Below, one piece after another: positions 46,960-49,136 of a stretch of 49,136 bases of DNA. This DNA comes from Verrucomicrobiota bacterium. GTDB taxonomy: Bacteria; Verrucomicrobiota; Verrucomicrobiia; Verrucomicrobiales; Verrucomicrobiaceae. Below the pieces are notes generated by a model. That model was not told where the DNA came from. It worked only from the letters and a program-made list of their open reading frames with translations, and made no database searches. The position numbers were made by a program, and so were the translations under genes. Within the stretch, counting starts at the first letter, position 1. The number at the start of each line of letters is the position of its first letter. The stretch covers positions 1-49,136 of the forward strand of contig JBJONJ010000452.1 in assembly GCA_046051905.1 (NCBI GenBank), given 5' to 3'.

Positions 46960-47847
46960 ATGAAACCCCTGCTGCTCCTTCCTTTTCTCTCGCTGCTGGC
47001 CTCCTGCGTGGTTCCGGGGGCTTCCCTGCCCTCGCGAAGCGACGCGGACCTCGTGCTGCCGCTGCATTTCCGGGCGGATGCTCCGCATGTGAATGCCAGC
47101 ATCAACCGCCACCGGCCCATTTCCATGCTGCTGGACACCGGGGCCTCAGTGACGGTGATCGAAGCCAACCTCGCCGCGATGCATGGCATCCCGCAAACCG
47201 GGCGCGGAACGAGCATCAAAGGCATCCACGGGCATACGCCGGCGCGGCAGGGCATCGTGCGCACGCTCGATCTGGGGCCCTGGCAGGCGGAGAATGTCAC
47301 CTGCTATGTGCGGGCCAGCACCAGCCGGCGGCCCGGCGGCTTGGGCAGCGCCATTTTGGGCATCGATCACCTCCGGCGGCAGTGCAGCTTTGTGACTTAC
47401 GACTACCGTTCCCAGCGTGTGGAGCTTGGTTTTGGCCATGCCTTCGTTCCCAGGAGTAAGCGCATCACCCGGACACCTTTCCGAATGGTCAACGGTGTGC
47501 CGATGATCCGCGTGAGCACCAGAGGGCTCTCGTGGGATGCGATCATCGACACCGGTTCATCATGGGGCATTGTGATTGATCAAAGCACGGCCGCACGGCT
47601 CGGCCAGGCACGCGGCGGGATCGGCATGGGGCCGGGCTTGATGCTCAGCGGCGTGGGCGGCAGCGTGCGGGCGGATCAAGCCGGCGCCCGCATCATTCGT
47701 GGACCTGACGTCTCGCTGTGCGGACACACCTACGCCGACCCTCAACTCTATGTGATGCCGGGCCCGAAGCGCATCGGCTCGCGCTTCTGGCATGGCAGCC
47801 GCCTGACGCTCGACTTCCGCACGAACACGCTGTGGCTGGAGCGCTGA
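46960..47847 (+). CDS. Lipoprotein with two retropepsin-like aspartyl protease domains
   Basis: Lipobox LLASC; LLDTGAS and IIDTGSS; ILGID. Confidence 0.82.
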   Translation: MKPLLLLPFLSLLASCVVPGASLPSRSDADLVLPLHFRADAPHVNASINRHRPISMLLDTGASVTVIEANLAAMHGIPQTGRGTSIKGIHGHTPARQGIVRTLDLGPWQAENVTCYVRASTSRRPGGLGSAILGIDHLRRQCSFVTYDYRSQRVELGFGHAFVPRSKRITRTPFRMVNGVPMIRVSTRGLSWDAIIDTGSSWGIVIDQSTAARLGQARGGIGMGPGLMLSGVGGSVRADQAGARIIRGPDVSLCGHTYADPQLYVMPGPKRIGSRFWHGSRLTLDFRTNTLWLER

Positions 47848-47850
47848 AAT

Positions 47851-49136
47851 CTACTTCCGCGTCGGTGCCGCGACGATCTCGTCCATCTTGGCGATCATTG
47901 TTTTCAGTCGCTCGGGCTGTTCGGCGCTGAGGTCTTTGAGCTCGGCGGGATCATCGGGCAGATGGTAAAGGCGGTGCAGCGGAGCCTGGCTCTCATCGCG
48001 GGTCTTCATCGTGACCACGGCCTGCGATTTGCCCTTCGTTTTCATGCGCACGAGCTTCCACTCGCCCATGCGCAGGCCGAGGTTGTTGCCGTTGTTGTCC
48101 TGCTGGAGCAGCGATTCGCGGCCTTTGGCGCCTTTTTCGCCGAGAAGAGCACGCAGGATGTTCTGGCTGTCGAGGCAGGCGTTTGCAGCGAGGGGCGTTT
48201 CGGTCAAAGCGGCAAAGCTGCCGGCGAGATCGACGGTGCAGACGACTTCATCGGAGACGCCTGGCTGAATGCGAGAAGGCCAGGTGGCAATGAACGGCGT
48301 GCGCGTACCGCCTTCATAGACGCTGTATTTGCCGCCGCTGAACGGTCCCGCAGGCTCATGGGAGCCGAGTTGGGTCACCGCGCCATCCACATAGCCGTCG
48401 TCGAGCACGGGGCCGTTGTCGGAGCAAAGCACGATCAGGGTGTTGTCGGCCAGTTTGAGCCTTTCGAGCGTCTTCACGATCTCACCGACGCTCCAGTCGA
48501 ACTCGACGATGGCATCGCCGCGATAGCCGAGCGTGGTTTTGCCCTGAAAACGCTCGTGCGGCATGCGCGGCACATGGATGTCATGGCTGGCGAAGTAGAG
48601 GAAGAAGGGCTCTTGCGCATGCGCCTCGATCCAGCGGTTCGTTTCGTTGATCCAGGCATCGCCGAGGTCCTCATCGCGGAAGCGGGCCGCCTTGCCACCG
48701 GTGTAGAAACCGATGCGGCCGATGCCGTTGTGGATCGTCTGGTTGTGACCATGCGTCCAGTTCATGCGCAGCGTGTCGCGGTGTGTGATGCCGGTAGGAT
48801 GATTTTCATCCGGCGCCTTGTCGCCGACCCACAGCGGGTCTTTCGGGTCGAGATTCCGCACGCGGTGGTCGTCCACATACACCTGCGGCACGCGGTCGTT
48901 CGTGGTTGGAAGCAGCAGGCAGTGATCAAAACCGATCTCCAGCGGCCCGGGCTTCAAATCGCCATTCCACTCTGGTTTTGGATCGCCGAGGCCGAGATGC
49001 CATTTGCCGATCACCGCCGTGGCATAGCCTGCTTTCTTCAAAATGGAGGCGATGGTTTCCGTGCTCGGTTTAATCAAAGCGGGACCATTCGGCGGAGCCA
49101 CGCCGGTGCCTTTTTGACGAAACGCGAAGGTGCCGG
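47851..49136 (-). CDS. Arylsulfatase (5' part lies outside the window)
   Basis: GYATAVIGKWHLG, PFFLYFA, DNTLIVLCSDNG, GKYSVYEGGTRTP, LYHLPDDPAE; the frame stays open to the window end. Confidence 0.9.
   Translation of the reverse strand, partial: GTFAFRQKGTGVAPPNGPALIKPSTETIASILKKAGYATAVIGKWHLGLGDPKPEWNGDLKPGPLEIGFDHCLLLPTTNDRVPQVYVDDHRVRNLDPKDPLWVGDKAPDENHPTGITHRDTLRMNWTHGHNQTIHNGIGRIGFYTGGKAARFRDEDLGDAWINETNRWIEAHAQEPFFLYFASHDIHVPRMPHERFQGKTTLGYRGDAIVEFDWSVGEIVKTLERLKLADNTLIVLCSDNGPVLDDGYVDGAVTQLGSHEPAGPFSGGKYSVYEGGTRTPFIATWPSRIQPGVSDEVVCTVDLAGSFAALTETPLAANACLDSQNILRALLGEKGAKGRESLLQQDNNGNNLGLRMGEWKLVRMKTKGKSQAVVTMKTRDESQAPLHRLYHLPDDPAELKDLSAEQPERLKTMIAKMDEIVAAPTRK

Noticed and set aside
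46923-47300. N-terminal extension of the methyltransferase ORF
   Set aside because: It overlaps the divergent aspartyl protease gene; family similarity starts near 46922.
1-49136. CRISPR array, rRNA/tRNA genes, prophage or anti-phage defence genes
   Set aside because: None seen: no repeat-spacer periodicity and no recognisable motifs.

Overview
GC-rich bacterial chromosomal window. The gene content (PSCyt/DUF1549-DUF1553 cytochrome protein, PQQ-propeller protein, sulfatase, exosortase, TGTTC-N4-GAACA-type box at dinB) points to Verrucomicrobiota, by inference. The left part (1-21.9 kb) holds housekeeping and envelope genes: a partial pseudo-receiver/pseudokinase/TM/FGE-sulfatase fusion missed by the ORF track, dinB, a cysteine desulfurase, an HtrA protease, comEC, a REP-associated tyrosine transposase (RAYT), a nitrilase and a LysR regulator. 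The centre (22.3-43.8 kb) is a tightly coupled 20-gene + strand run: DAHP synthase, heptose kinase, gmhA, two FkbM and one other methyltransferase, flippase, polymerase-like protein, glycosyltransferases, acyltransferase, exosortase and EpsI, then larE-larB (nickel-pincer cofactor biosynthesis), a CapK-like ligase, a WecG-type GT, a bi-domain oxidoreductase and a heparinase II/III-like protein. The right end has an exported HxCCxxC metal-binding protein, rlmN, an RNA methyltransferase, a double retropepsin lipoprotein and a partial arylsulfatase. The main leads are larE-larB inside the glycan/exosortase operon, the receptor with degenerate catalytic motifs, and REP-like repeats sitting in-frame inside genes. 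All product calls come from recognising motifs by eye; no searches were run.
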